From the NCBI GenBank assembly GCA_018985225.1, contig JADGIF010000058.1:1-25605 (forward strand): DNA of 25,605 nucleotides, written 5' to 3'. Each line of letters begins with the position of its first letter. The stretch's first letter is position 1. Source of the stretch: Amoeboradix gromovi X-113. Lineage: Eukaryota; Fungi; Sanchytriomycota. The notes below the pieces were generated by a model. That model made no database searches, was not told the DNA's origin, and worked only from the letters and a program-made list of their open reading frames with translations. Shown piece after piece: positions 1 to 8,321 of the stretch. Position numbers and translations under genes: made by a program.

Positions 1-942
1 GGACACTACTGTGAAAATTTCAACTGGGTAAATCTCGTCACCCGTTTTTTACCCAAAGTCTGCTTTTTACAGAGTGTGTCCCAAATGAGGGATCTGGAAT
101 ATCAAGAAATGCTTGATTTTATTAATAGCGAATCAACATTTATGTTTGTATCCGGCATACCAGGATGCGGCAAGACTTTTACAATAAAAAGATTGACGAA
201 CATAAATTATGTAAACTGCATGTGTGACGAGATTAAACTGAATGAGAAAATTAATATTTTGGACGAAATCGATAGCATTAATAAACAGACATGGGAACTA
301 TTGTTTGGCCATGTTAGTAATGGGAGCAAAGTAATAGGAGTTGCAAATACTTTGGACATTGGGTTTATTCCGGATGAGCTCTTAAATGATTTGCGAGTGG
401 TCTCTTTTGCACCATACAATGCAAATGAATTAACTGAAATAGCAGCCAGCATAACGAGGGATCTGGATATATCAGTTGATTCCAAGATATTAGATTTTTT
501 AGGTAGAAAGTGTTCAAACATCGATGATGATGTAAGGCGACTGCAATCGTGGATTAAATGTTTGCCAGAAAATCCGAGCATAAAAGACGTGATTGAGATA
601 ACTAAAAACTCGCAGATTACTAGGTTCCATACAATGCCAATTCATGCTTAACACCTTTTATGTTTTCTGTATTTAACTTTTGTTTTTGATATTAATAAAC
701 AGAAGAAGATTAAAAAAATATCCTTTCAGCAGCTTTATCAGAAATGCAAGCCTCTTTATAAAAATAAGCATTCAATACCATTAGCTAATTATAGTGAGTT
801 TATCGACTTGCTAAATGTACTGGAGTCTAAATCTTTTGTAAATATCAAAAAAGGAAACGTAGAGCTGGATGATAGTGTTGAGAGTAGTTTATTCTCAGCT
901 GATGATGCCACTAAATCATTGTATTACACTAACATATCATAG
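1..942 (+). CDS. CDC6: Cdc6/Orc1-type AAA+ replication licensing ATPase with C-terminal winged helix; one in-frame TAA at 649-651 (possible pseudogene or error); 5' end may be off-window (first ATG at 85)
   Basis: RDLEYQEM, Walker A SGIPGCGKT, Walker B ILDEID, IGVAN sensor and FAPYNANEL are present. The same frame continues past TAA649 as HLLCFL...SFQQLYQKC...SEFIDLLNVLESKSFV (Cdc6 winged-helix pattern) to TAG 940-942. Confidence 0.7.
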
Positions 943-1007
943 TCTAATGTTGAAGAATAAATTTAATTTTTCAAGCTTTGTATCTTAATTTTTATCCCAT
1001 CGAAATT

Positions 1008-1802
1008 ATGATGGACGATGAGATCCCCAATGATATTAGATATGCCCTGTGTGACATAGATGTCGAATACACCGTTAAGCGGTGCCAGCAGGCTGATTAC
1101 AGGATACTACATCGTCATCCATGCACAGAATTCTTGATGTTATTTAGTTCCAAGTTTGTAGAAGACAATGACGGGTACTTTCCATGGCAATTGATTGGGC
1201 TGATGTCTAGTAACATCAAACAAGAGGTTATACTAAGAAGCATTGCTAATGAGTTGCCGTGCTGTCATTTATTGAGTTGTATAAGACTGTACGGTGACTC
1301 TGTTGCTAGTAATATATTACTTTTCTATGCCCAGTTAAGTAATCCTAAATTGCTATCTCTCTTGAATAAAAAGCCCAAGCTTCTTCCATTTGAAATACCA
1401 TCAGATGTAAATGAACATCATTTTATGAACGCAGTTATTAAATTAATTCAGTCCGAGTACGATATCTCATATATTTATGATCTACCTGTGCAGTTAAAAT
1501 CTTACGTATTTACCTGGCATTTCACAAATATGTTTTATAGCAATAAGCAATATCGGTTGCTGCTGAACAATAAGCTGTATTTAAACGTAGATTGCCGTAA
1601 TCATATCTTCAATATTTTAAAATCAGATGCATTCAACAATCAGATTCATTATTTATGCCGCGGGTACTTTGATGGAGAAAGAGATGATGAAGATGAGCAT
1701 ATAATGACGCGGTTGTTGAGTTTATACAATTATGATGAATTAATAGTTGCATATCAATACTTGCTGCATGATTATAACAGTAAAATCAAACGCATATCGT
1801 AA
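1008..1802 (+). CDS. Hypothetical protein; possibly the N-terminal part of one gene spanning 1008-4088
   Basis: 264-aa ORF from ATG1008, Leu-rich and helical-looking. It is separated from the next ORF by a single in-frame TAA. Confidence 0.55.
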   Translation: MMDDEIPNDIRYALCDIDVEYTVKRCQQADYRILHRHPCTEFLMLFSSKFVEDNDGYFPWQLIGLMSSNIKQEVILRSIANELPCCHLLSCIRLYGDSVASNILLFYAQLSNPKLLSLLNKKPKLLPFEIPSDVNEHHFMNAVIKLIQSEYDISYIYDLPVQLKSYVFTWHFTNMFYSNKQYRLLLNNKLYLNVDCRNHIFNILKSDAFNNQIHYLCRGYFDGERDDEDEHIMTRLLSLYNYDELIVAYQYLLHDYNSKIKRIS

Positions 1803-1811
1803 ATAACCCTC

Positions 1812-4088
1812 TTGGAATCTCATTTATTGCGTTTTATCGATTTGAAAACCAACTACAAATTATTGCCAATTTTGATGAATCGTAAACCCTTGGAGTGCTG
1901 CTCGTTGCTACTATCTGTATTAGAATGGTCGTATATATCTACTGAATGCTGCAATATTGTGTTTTCAATGATTTATGAACTATGGGACACATTGACTATA
2001 GCTATACAGCGTGACATTTTTACACAATTTGTTCTTCCGTTGCTGTATAAATCATACAATGCACCATATGTTACTGTGCATTGTTTGGAAATAACCTCTA
2101 GAATGACAGGAATTGAATCATTTCATGAATTAATACTACAAATTGCATTTTCATTGATACCGCCTCTTGGTAAACTGAGAAGAAGTATGGGTGATGTTGA
2201 AATAGAAATAGACAATATCTATTACAGCAAGTCAGTGGGATTAAAAGCGTTAAAGTGTGTAAGTAAGCTACCATCTAAGATGGTGTTAGAGTATATCAAA
2301 AGTGATTCTGATTTAATAACATCCTATATCACATCTATAGAACCCAGGCTGATTCATTTTAACTCGAAAAGCAGTAGTAATTTAGATAATGACAATTCTG
2401 ACAACTCTGATGACTTTGACGATTTAATTCATTTTTTGGGATTCTTTGTGGAATTAGAAATAGAAGAGATTCCTAGACAAGACTTTCAACAGCTTCAGAC
2501 CAGATTGCATGTGGAAAGTAAAACACCTTTAGAATCAGAAATGCAGTGGGATGGTTACTTGCAATCATTCATTTTGCTATCTCAATATCCGTGCTCTACT
2601 ACACAGTTTAACAAGCTATACAAATTCACTGTCTCAGACATAGTGAAATGGAGCTTAGAGTTGATCAGCTTTAGTTATTATTGCCGCTCTGCTACGCCTG
2701 ATCAAGCTGAAATAATTTTAATTTTGTTAAAACAATGTTGTGATAACATTACACGAGTGAACAGTCAAACTAGTTGTGGGGTAGCAGCTGTTGGTACGCT
2801 GGAATCTATCACTCATAACAGTCATTTGAATCTCTTCTTGAACTATGATTTTCTAAATACCCTAATTGAGATTATACCAAACCTTCCGAGGCTACCAAGT
2901 TTAACATATTACAAGAAGTGTTACGCAGAAATAAAGAGTACACCACTGCTTATGCATTTGAGTGGTAAAATAGTAGATTTACTGGCAGATTTTCCCGATG
3001 GCATGGATATAAACATCAAAAACATGGAAAATGATATCTCTTCAGTAGTATATCAACGCCAAATACTCTGGAGTATAGGTATTGAAAGGCGTAACTCTGA
3101 GTTGTTGAGCAAATGTAATGCGTCTTCTCTGGTTAATTTAAAAGCAGTGGTAGAGTATATCATCTCTATCGACGCACCGTTGGACTGGTACAAAACAGAT
3201 GAATATTACTTGCCTCGTCCCAATAGTCTTCTCTCATTCGTTATCAAGTATCAGCTGATTCCAGCAATTTGTACATCCTTGACGGTACCGAATATGAAAA
3301 TTACCAGAAATATGAACCTTGAATTCTTGAAAAATCAAGCACCGTTTAATCAAGAATTAAGTAGTTTCTATGTAAACCACTTTATGGAATATTTAGACTA
3401 TGACTTGTTGCTGAATTTATATGGATTAATGGACAGCGAATTTTATTCTAAAATGAACCAGCGCGGTAAAAAGATATTGTTTAAACCATTGCACGGCTTA
3501 GACATAAACTTACTGGACAACATTTCAACTCAGATAGACTGGATTAAATTGGCAATGTCAGCAAAAAATCATCTGAATTGTACAAACACTGAGACATTAA
3601 AAGATGTTGGGGAATATCTCTTTAACAAGCTGACTTACTATAATATCGATGTACTACTAGACATTGAAATGCTTGGATTGGAGGCTCTTTTCGAGACATG
3701 CAAAGTTACAAACTTGAATGGTGAATATTTGAGCATCTTACTGAGCAAGGACACCGATTTGCAGACAAAATGCAGCAATTTTCTTCAAAAAGATATTTCA
3801 ATGACACTTATGCTTGGGCTTGTGAGGCATTTGAAAAGAAACAAACTGATAGACTTACTACTCTACCATGAGAAACCGTTTGACTGGATAGTGCATTGTG
3901 TAGCAAAGTATGAGCGAGATGGATTAAATACTTATGGGTTAGCAAAGCGGGGCTTTTGCAGTTTGGAACCACAGAGACTTTTGTGCCTAATGCAGAGGTA
4001 TACAGAGTGTGTAGAACTGTTGAAAAATGCGTATTTCCAGCCAAATCAAGCTGTGGAGGGAGTGTTTGAAGAATTGCTGGTAGAATAA
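1812..4088 (+). CDS. Large Leu-rich, probably alpha-solenoid (HEAT/ARM-like) protein of unknown function (first ATG 1875)
   Basis: 758-aa open frame in AT-rich DNA with amphipathic helical patterns; no motif I recognise. Confidence 0.65.
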   Translation: MESHLLRFIDLKTNYKLLPILMNRKPLECCSLLLSVLEWSYISTECCNIVFSMIYELWDTLTIAIQRDIFTQFVLPLLYKSYNAPYVTVHCLEITSRMTGIESFHELILQIAFSLIPPLGKLRRSMGDVEIEIDNIYYSKSVGLKALKCVSKLPSKMVLEYIKSDSDLITSYITSIEPRLIHFNSKSSSNLDNDNSDNSDDFDDLIHFLGFFVELEIEEIPRQDFQQLQTRLHVESKTPLESEMQWDGYLQSFILLSQYPCSTTQFNKLYKFTVSDIVKWSLELISFSYYCRSATPDQAEIILILLKQCCDNITRVNSQTSCGVAAVGTLESITHNSHLNLFLNYDFLNTLIEIIPNLPRLPSLTYYKKCYAEIKSTPLLMHLSGKIVDLLADFPDGMDINIKNMENDISSVVYQRQILWSIGIERRNSELLSKCNASSLVNLKAVVEYIISIDAPLDWYKTDEYYLPRPNSLLSFVIKYQLIPAICTSLTVPNMKITRNMNLEFLKNQAPFNQELSSFYVNHFMEYLDYDLLLNLYGLMDSEFYSKMNQRGKKILFKPLHGLDINLLDNISTQIDWIKLAMSAKNHLNCTNTETLKDVGEYLFNKLTYYNIDVLLDIEMLGLEALFETCKVTNLNGEYLSILLSKDTDLQTKCSNFLQKDISMTLMLGLVRHLKRNKLIDLLLYHEKPFDWIVHCVAKYERDGLNTYGLAKRGFCSLEPQRLLCLMQRYTECVELLKNAYFQPNQAVEGVFEELLVE

Positions 4089-4708
4089 GGAAAATCTGTG
4101 ACGGATACGACAGGACATCCTATCACTTTTTAGTACAGTCTTATTTTACTAAATGATTTTGGGATTGCTTGGTCCTCGAAAGGCCACTCTTTCAATCGGT
4201 TTAGCATTAGCACCACCAGACGCTTCTAGCCTCAGAGCCGGAATACTGCATGGAGCCTTGCAGTTGCTGGCTTTGCGCGGTGATACAGACTTGAGAAATT
4301 GGTATCACGTATAATTTCGAGTGCCTTGTTGACAAGGCAAGTAAATAAGTGAACTTTATCGGTTTATATAAATAAATATGTTATGAACTATTTGAAATGA
4401 ATTGAATATTATATAAGATATAGATAAAAGACCCATAACATGAGCACTTGCGTTAGTATTTTATAGCGGACCACAAGAAACACCACATACGCAAAATGAT
4501 CCAAAATGAAGCTGTTCGCTATGCATTACTGCAAGGAAGAACTCCCAATATAATCAGGTAAAGTACAACTTTATCTGTATCCTCGTGTTTTCCTTGCTTG
4601 CAATTGAATTGTCAATATTTCCAGAAGCTCAAATAGGAAATAAAGGCAGGTTTAGTGACAGGATTGCAGCAATCCTATGCTCAAGCACCTCAGGGAAATT
4701 TAAACATT

Positions 4709-5758
4709 TTATTCGTGTTCATCATTATTATTTGGAATCAGCACAATCTTACCGGCTGTTAATTTGCTCTCGATTTGTCTATTTGCGTCGGCTCCATCTT
4801 TCAGATCAAATTTATACCCTACAAAGCATTTCAATTTTCCATCTATTAACAATTGATTAATTGACATGCAGTATGACTTTGGTGCATCCGTGTATAGTTT
4901 GTAAGAGACTCTGCCAAATATATTTCGAGGAATTGCTTTGACCAAGGTACTCAGTAAAGAAATCAGCGGATTTCCGTCGCCCCCAAATCGTGCATCACCG
5001 GCTTGAGTGCTATAAACCCCACCATCTACGATATGAGGTTCTATAAAATTCCAGTAATCATCTCCACCCACTGTGTCTATAACAGCATCATACTTTTCCT
5101 TTGAGTACAACTGGTCCTTAAAGTAGCTGCTACTGTAATCTAGAATATCGCTGGCACCAAGAGCCCTGCAAGTATCCGCATCTATGGCTGAGCAAATCCC
5201 AGTAACATGAGCTCCTAAGTTACTAGATATCTGAGTCGCCCAGCTACCAATACTTCCAGCGCATCCTATAATCAAAACTCTTTTATTGTCATTTGCCACA
5301 ATCTTGCAATGATCAATGACCGAAACATAAGCAGCCAAGGCAGAAGTAAGTGTACCTGCCGCCTCTTCAAATGACAAGTTTATTGGCTTATGTATTATAA
5401 CGTCGTGCTTAAAGTTTATTTTCGTGTAATCAGCAAATGTTCCACTTGCCGTAGGATATGAAAACTGACCATAAACAGCGTCGTTAATTTTAAATAAAGT
5501 CTTTGCATTTTCTCCAACATTTTCTACGATGCCAGAATAATCCATTCCCAATACTGCCGGCATTTTCATTGGGAAAAGATATTTTAGATGGCCTTGCCTT
5601 AATTTAACATCTCCGTGTGCTAATCCTGCAGCTTTTACTCTAATGATCACATCGTCTGGTCCCGTAATATCTGGTCTAGTAACTCTTTCATATTTCAGTT
5701 TGTCTGCTGATCCGTATTCATGAAAGACCAGTGCATTCATTAACAATTTACGGGACAT
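4709..5758 (-). CDS. MDR-superfamily NAD(P)H oxidoreductase (zeta-crystallin/quinone reductase, RTN4IP1-like)
   Basis: MNALVFHEYG, DDVIIRVKAAGL, LGMDYSGIVE, KPINLSFEEAA, Rossmann IIGCAGSIG, DAVIDTVGG, C-terminal GKIVL. No GHE catalytic-zinc motif. ATG5758 chosen as the likely start. Confidence 0.9.
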   Translation of the reverse strand: MSRKLLMNALVFHEYGSADKLKYERVTRPDITGPDDVIIRVKAAGLAHGDVKLRQGHLKYLFPMKMPAVLGMDYSGIVENVGENAKTLFKINDAVYGQFSYPTASGTFADYTKINFKHDVIIHKPINLSFEEAAGTLTSALAAYVSVIDHCKIVANDNKRVLIIGCAGSIGSWATQISSNLGAHVTGICSAIDADTCRALGASDILDYSSSYFKDQLYSKEKYDAVIDTVGGDDYWNFIEPHIVDGGVYSTQAGDARFGGDGNPLISLLSTLVKAIPRNIFGRVSYKLYTDAPKSYCMSINQLLIDGKLKCFVGYKFDLKDGADANRQIESKLTAGKIVLIPNNNDEHE

Positions 5759-6048
5759 GTTTAAAAAATTATTGTTTAGTACATACCCTCGTCTATGAAA
5801 GTCCTGATTTGCGAAAAAATTGATAAAATCCAGAGAAGCCAGCAATACCAGATGCCCCGTTGCAGTGATTGCTCATTCTTTCTCTACCCTGAGGCGGGAC
5901 TGATCTGATATACTTAATGTATATCACTCCATCTACTTTCAAATGGCAATTTACACGGTAATAAAATCTCAAGAATAAATGATTTATCGAGAATATATGA
6001 ACAATAACGACCAATCTTCATGCTTTCTGGTTTTCCGATCAACATAAA

Positions 6049-6258
6049 TACGCGCTACTCTTTCTTTTCATCAATGAAGAATGGGCCATGTTCAAGTGTA
6101 AAGAGCGAGGAAAGACAATGGTGGAGTGTAATGAATCATTTACTAGTCAGGCGTGTACAAGGTGTTGCACTGTAAAGAAAACCAGCTTGGAAAGCTACAT
6201 CTGTAAAAACTGTCATTTGGATATATATAGAGACCATATAAATAAAGTATATACCTAA
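6049..6258 (+). pseudogene. C-terminal fragment of a TnpB/Fanzor (Fanzor2-like) RNA-guided nuclease
   Basis: Frame from ATG6088 reads MFKCKERGKTMVECNESFTSQACTRCCTVKKTSLESYICKNCHLDIYRDHINKVYT*. This fits the TnpB K..G..V...E.xTSxxCxxC...CxxC...(D)RD zinc-ribbon/RuvC-III pattern. A frameshifted ATLSFHQ lies just upstream. It is below the ORF-track length cutoff. Confidence 0.75.
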
Positions 6259-6544
6259 AAGTACATGTCTCCTTACTTAATAACGCCTCAGGGTAGTGAA
6301 AGAATGAGCTTTTACTGTAATGGAGCAACTGAAATATCACTTCTTGTGAAAATTCTCGATTTTCTCTCAAATCGGGACTTTTAACAAGAAGTGATATTTC
6401 TGAGCATCTTTGTCGTAAACTCAATGTTGCATTGCTACTTAATACGGATCGCATAATTCTGTTAAGTAGTTCAAGCTTCGCAAAGCTTTTAAACAAGGGT
6501 GATTACACAAAGAACAGATATTAAAGTTAATGTGTAGTAGCGTT

Positions 6545-7273
6545 TTATTCGTCAAAGTCTATCAGGAGCTCAGAACTCAAATCGTCTTCTTTAACGGAAT
6601 TCTTTTTCTCTCGGATCTTGTAGAAAGCTGTTTGTTTTAACATGGGATTGGAATAATTCTTTGGAGTTTGAACCTTTGTCTGTCTCTTCAGTAAGTTGGA
6701 AACTCTGTCGTTCTTTTTCGAAATGCAATCAAAAAAATCCTCGGTTGACTTGTCCAGTATTTCTGGCTTTTTAAATTCCTTTTTCTCAAATTGGAATACT
6801 GAACTTGAAGTTTTCACATTTTGCCTTTCATTTTTACGGTCTTGGATCGATTCTCACAAATGCACAGAACAGAGCACATCTGCCGTCAGTCTTTTGCATT
6901 GACGGTAGCGTATGGCTTCGGTTCCACCGACATAGTGTATACTTCCCTTTTTATGAATCATCAGGTTTTGTCTCCAGATTGGATTTGACAAGACAACTAC
7001 ATCGCCCTCGTTTACTTGCTCAATATGTTTAATGCATTTGATACTTAGGCCCTTCATATCCGTAAGCTCAAAAAGAGGATTTTTCAATTATTTGAACTAC
7101 TCCAACTGTATACCAATTTACGGCAGGAATCTATGCAAATTTAATAATTTGTCTAAGCTTATGTATTTGCCACCTGTTGCAACTTCATGAAAATCTGTGA
7201 CAGGTATGTGTAGTCTTCTTTCGATAGTAACTTCCTTTCCTTCAAAGCTAGCTTCTATTAGGTCCTCAAGCAT
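6545..7273 (-). pseudogene. MCM10: Mcm10-like replication factor (OB-fold plus Cys/His zinc finger), disrupted by two compensating frameshifts and an in-frame TGA
   Basis: Reconstructed from ATG7273: ...IERRLHIPVTDFHEVATGGKYISLDKL / IPAVNWYTVGVVQIIE / FELTDMKG...EGDVVVLSNP...IHYVG...QCKRLTADVLCSVHL*ESIQDRKNER. This follows the Mcm10 internal-domain motif order (WxxxGV, LxDL, GxVxxxxNP, CxxH). Confidence 0.6.
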
Positions 7274-7276
7274 CAA

Positions 7277-7323
7277 GTTTTGAAATTTTAAAAATGTTTT
7301 GAAATTTTAAAAATGTTTTGAAA
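7277..7323. repeat. Tandem repeat, 19-bp unit GTTTTGAAATTTTAAAAAT, about 2.5 copies
   Basis: Exact copies at 7277-7295 and 7296-7314, partial copy at 7315-7323, directly upstream of the MCM10-like ATG. Confidence 0.9.
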
Positions 7324-7607
7324 AATATTGAAAGTCGATTGCGAGGTTTGGTCTTGGACACGAAATCAAGTGCAGTTCCAGCGAGTAATGCAGCGTTAGT
7401 TCTAGATTCTTGGACACGCTCTATAAAAATCAAGTGTTTTTCGAGTAAATACCTCGTGAAGTACGAAGGTATAGCATTATTAAAACTTTTTCTCCTACCA
7501 TACCAAGACTTTCTTGAGACTCACTAGTTGATCTAATTCCCTCTTTTGAAAATAAACTATAGTACACCTTTTATGTAATTTCAAAAGTCATCGAGCTTTA
7601 GAATATA

Positions 7608-8160
7608 TGGGACATCAAATATAAAAACTAGACTAACTTTCTGCAACAACTTTGAACATTATTTCAGCTTTATTAATTTTATGGATTTAACAGGCGAGTG
7701 GACATTCAGCTAGTTGCGGAGTTGACGAGACGAGAATGAAGGAAAATAAATAACTCTTTGTATCGAAATTTCAAAAATAAATAGTGTGTGCAGCTATTCT
7801 GTACAGTTATTCTCTTGCTCTGTTGAAACTAGACTAGCACTCTAATTCATAATATGAATATCATACTTCAAAGTAATATAGCGTCTGTAAGAATGAAATT
7901 GACAAGAGTAATGATGTTAGTATAACATTAAATGGAATAAAGAAAGAGTACCGTCTAAGAAAATGCACCTTTTGCTTAGATGCTCAAAGACCTCACATAT
8001 TTGAACGAGATTCAGGGTCTTCTAGTTTTATTTTAAAAAGAGGAATACAATCAATGAAAGAAGATTGGTATAATAGAAGATCTTTTATTAATGATAGCAT
8101 TTCCTCAGTATGGTGCACCTTTAAAAACGAGTTAGTCTAGTTTTTATATTCGGTGTCCCA
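7608..8160 (+). mobile_element. Non-autonomous TIR DNA transposon (553 bp) carrying a Fanzor remnant
   Basis: Left end TGGGACATCAAATATAAAAACTAGACTAACT (7608-7638) matches the reverse complement of 8130-8160, TGGGACACCGAATATAAAAACTAGACTAACT, at 29/31. The left end is repeated at 25531-25605. Confidence 0.9.
7856..8140 (+). pseudogene. C-terminal fragment of a Fanzor1/TnpB-like nuclease inside the TIR element
   Basis: Reads EYHTSK*YSVCKNEID...EYRLRKCTFCLDAQRPHIFERDSGSSSFILKRG...NRRSF. This fits E.xTSKxCxxC (first Cys as Tyr, one stop), a long spacer, CxxC, then RuvC-III RD. The frame is open 7877-8140 with no early start codon. Confidence 0.65.
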
Positions 8161-8180
8161 TTTGTCAATCTTGAAAATAA
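8110..8180 (+). ncRNA. Candidate omegaRNA 3' scaffold hairpin plus flank-derived guide (boundaries unknown)
   Basis: ATGGTGCACC (8110-8119) can pair with GGTGTCCCAT (8152-8161), and TAAAAAC (8122-8128) with GTTTTTA (8140-8146). It sits at the element's right end, where Fanzor/TnpB guide RNAs are encoded. Confidence 0.3.
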
Positions 8181-8321
8181 CAATATCAACTTTTTCTACA
8201 ACAAGAAAACCTAAACAAGTCAGAACAATAGAGCCACAACTTACATGCAATTACGAGAAACGCTTTATTAGTTAAATCTCAAACTATTTTCCAAATATTT
8301 TTCTTGTGATCTCCTTAATAC

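Noticed and set aside
921-942. Possible 22-nt intron GTATTACACTAACATATCATAG at the end of CDC6
   Set aside because: It has GT, CTAAC and AG, but differs from the 19-nt pattern and no conserved motif requires it.
4322-4676. Two 8-bp inverted repeats (TGCCTTGT-TG-ACAAGGCA; AGGATTGC-A-GCAATCCT)
   Set aside because: A few such palindromes are expected by chance in 25 kb, and there is no supporting context.
6143-6496. 117-aa minus-strand ORF
   Set aside because: TTG start, no recognisable motif, and its 3' part is antisense to the TnpB/Fanzor fragment; I cannot support it as a gene.
7277-7323. CRISPR-like array
   Set aside because: A simple tandem duplication with no spacers, no cas genes and a eukaryotic context.
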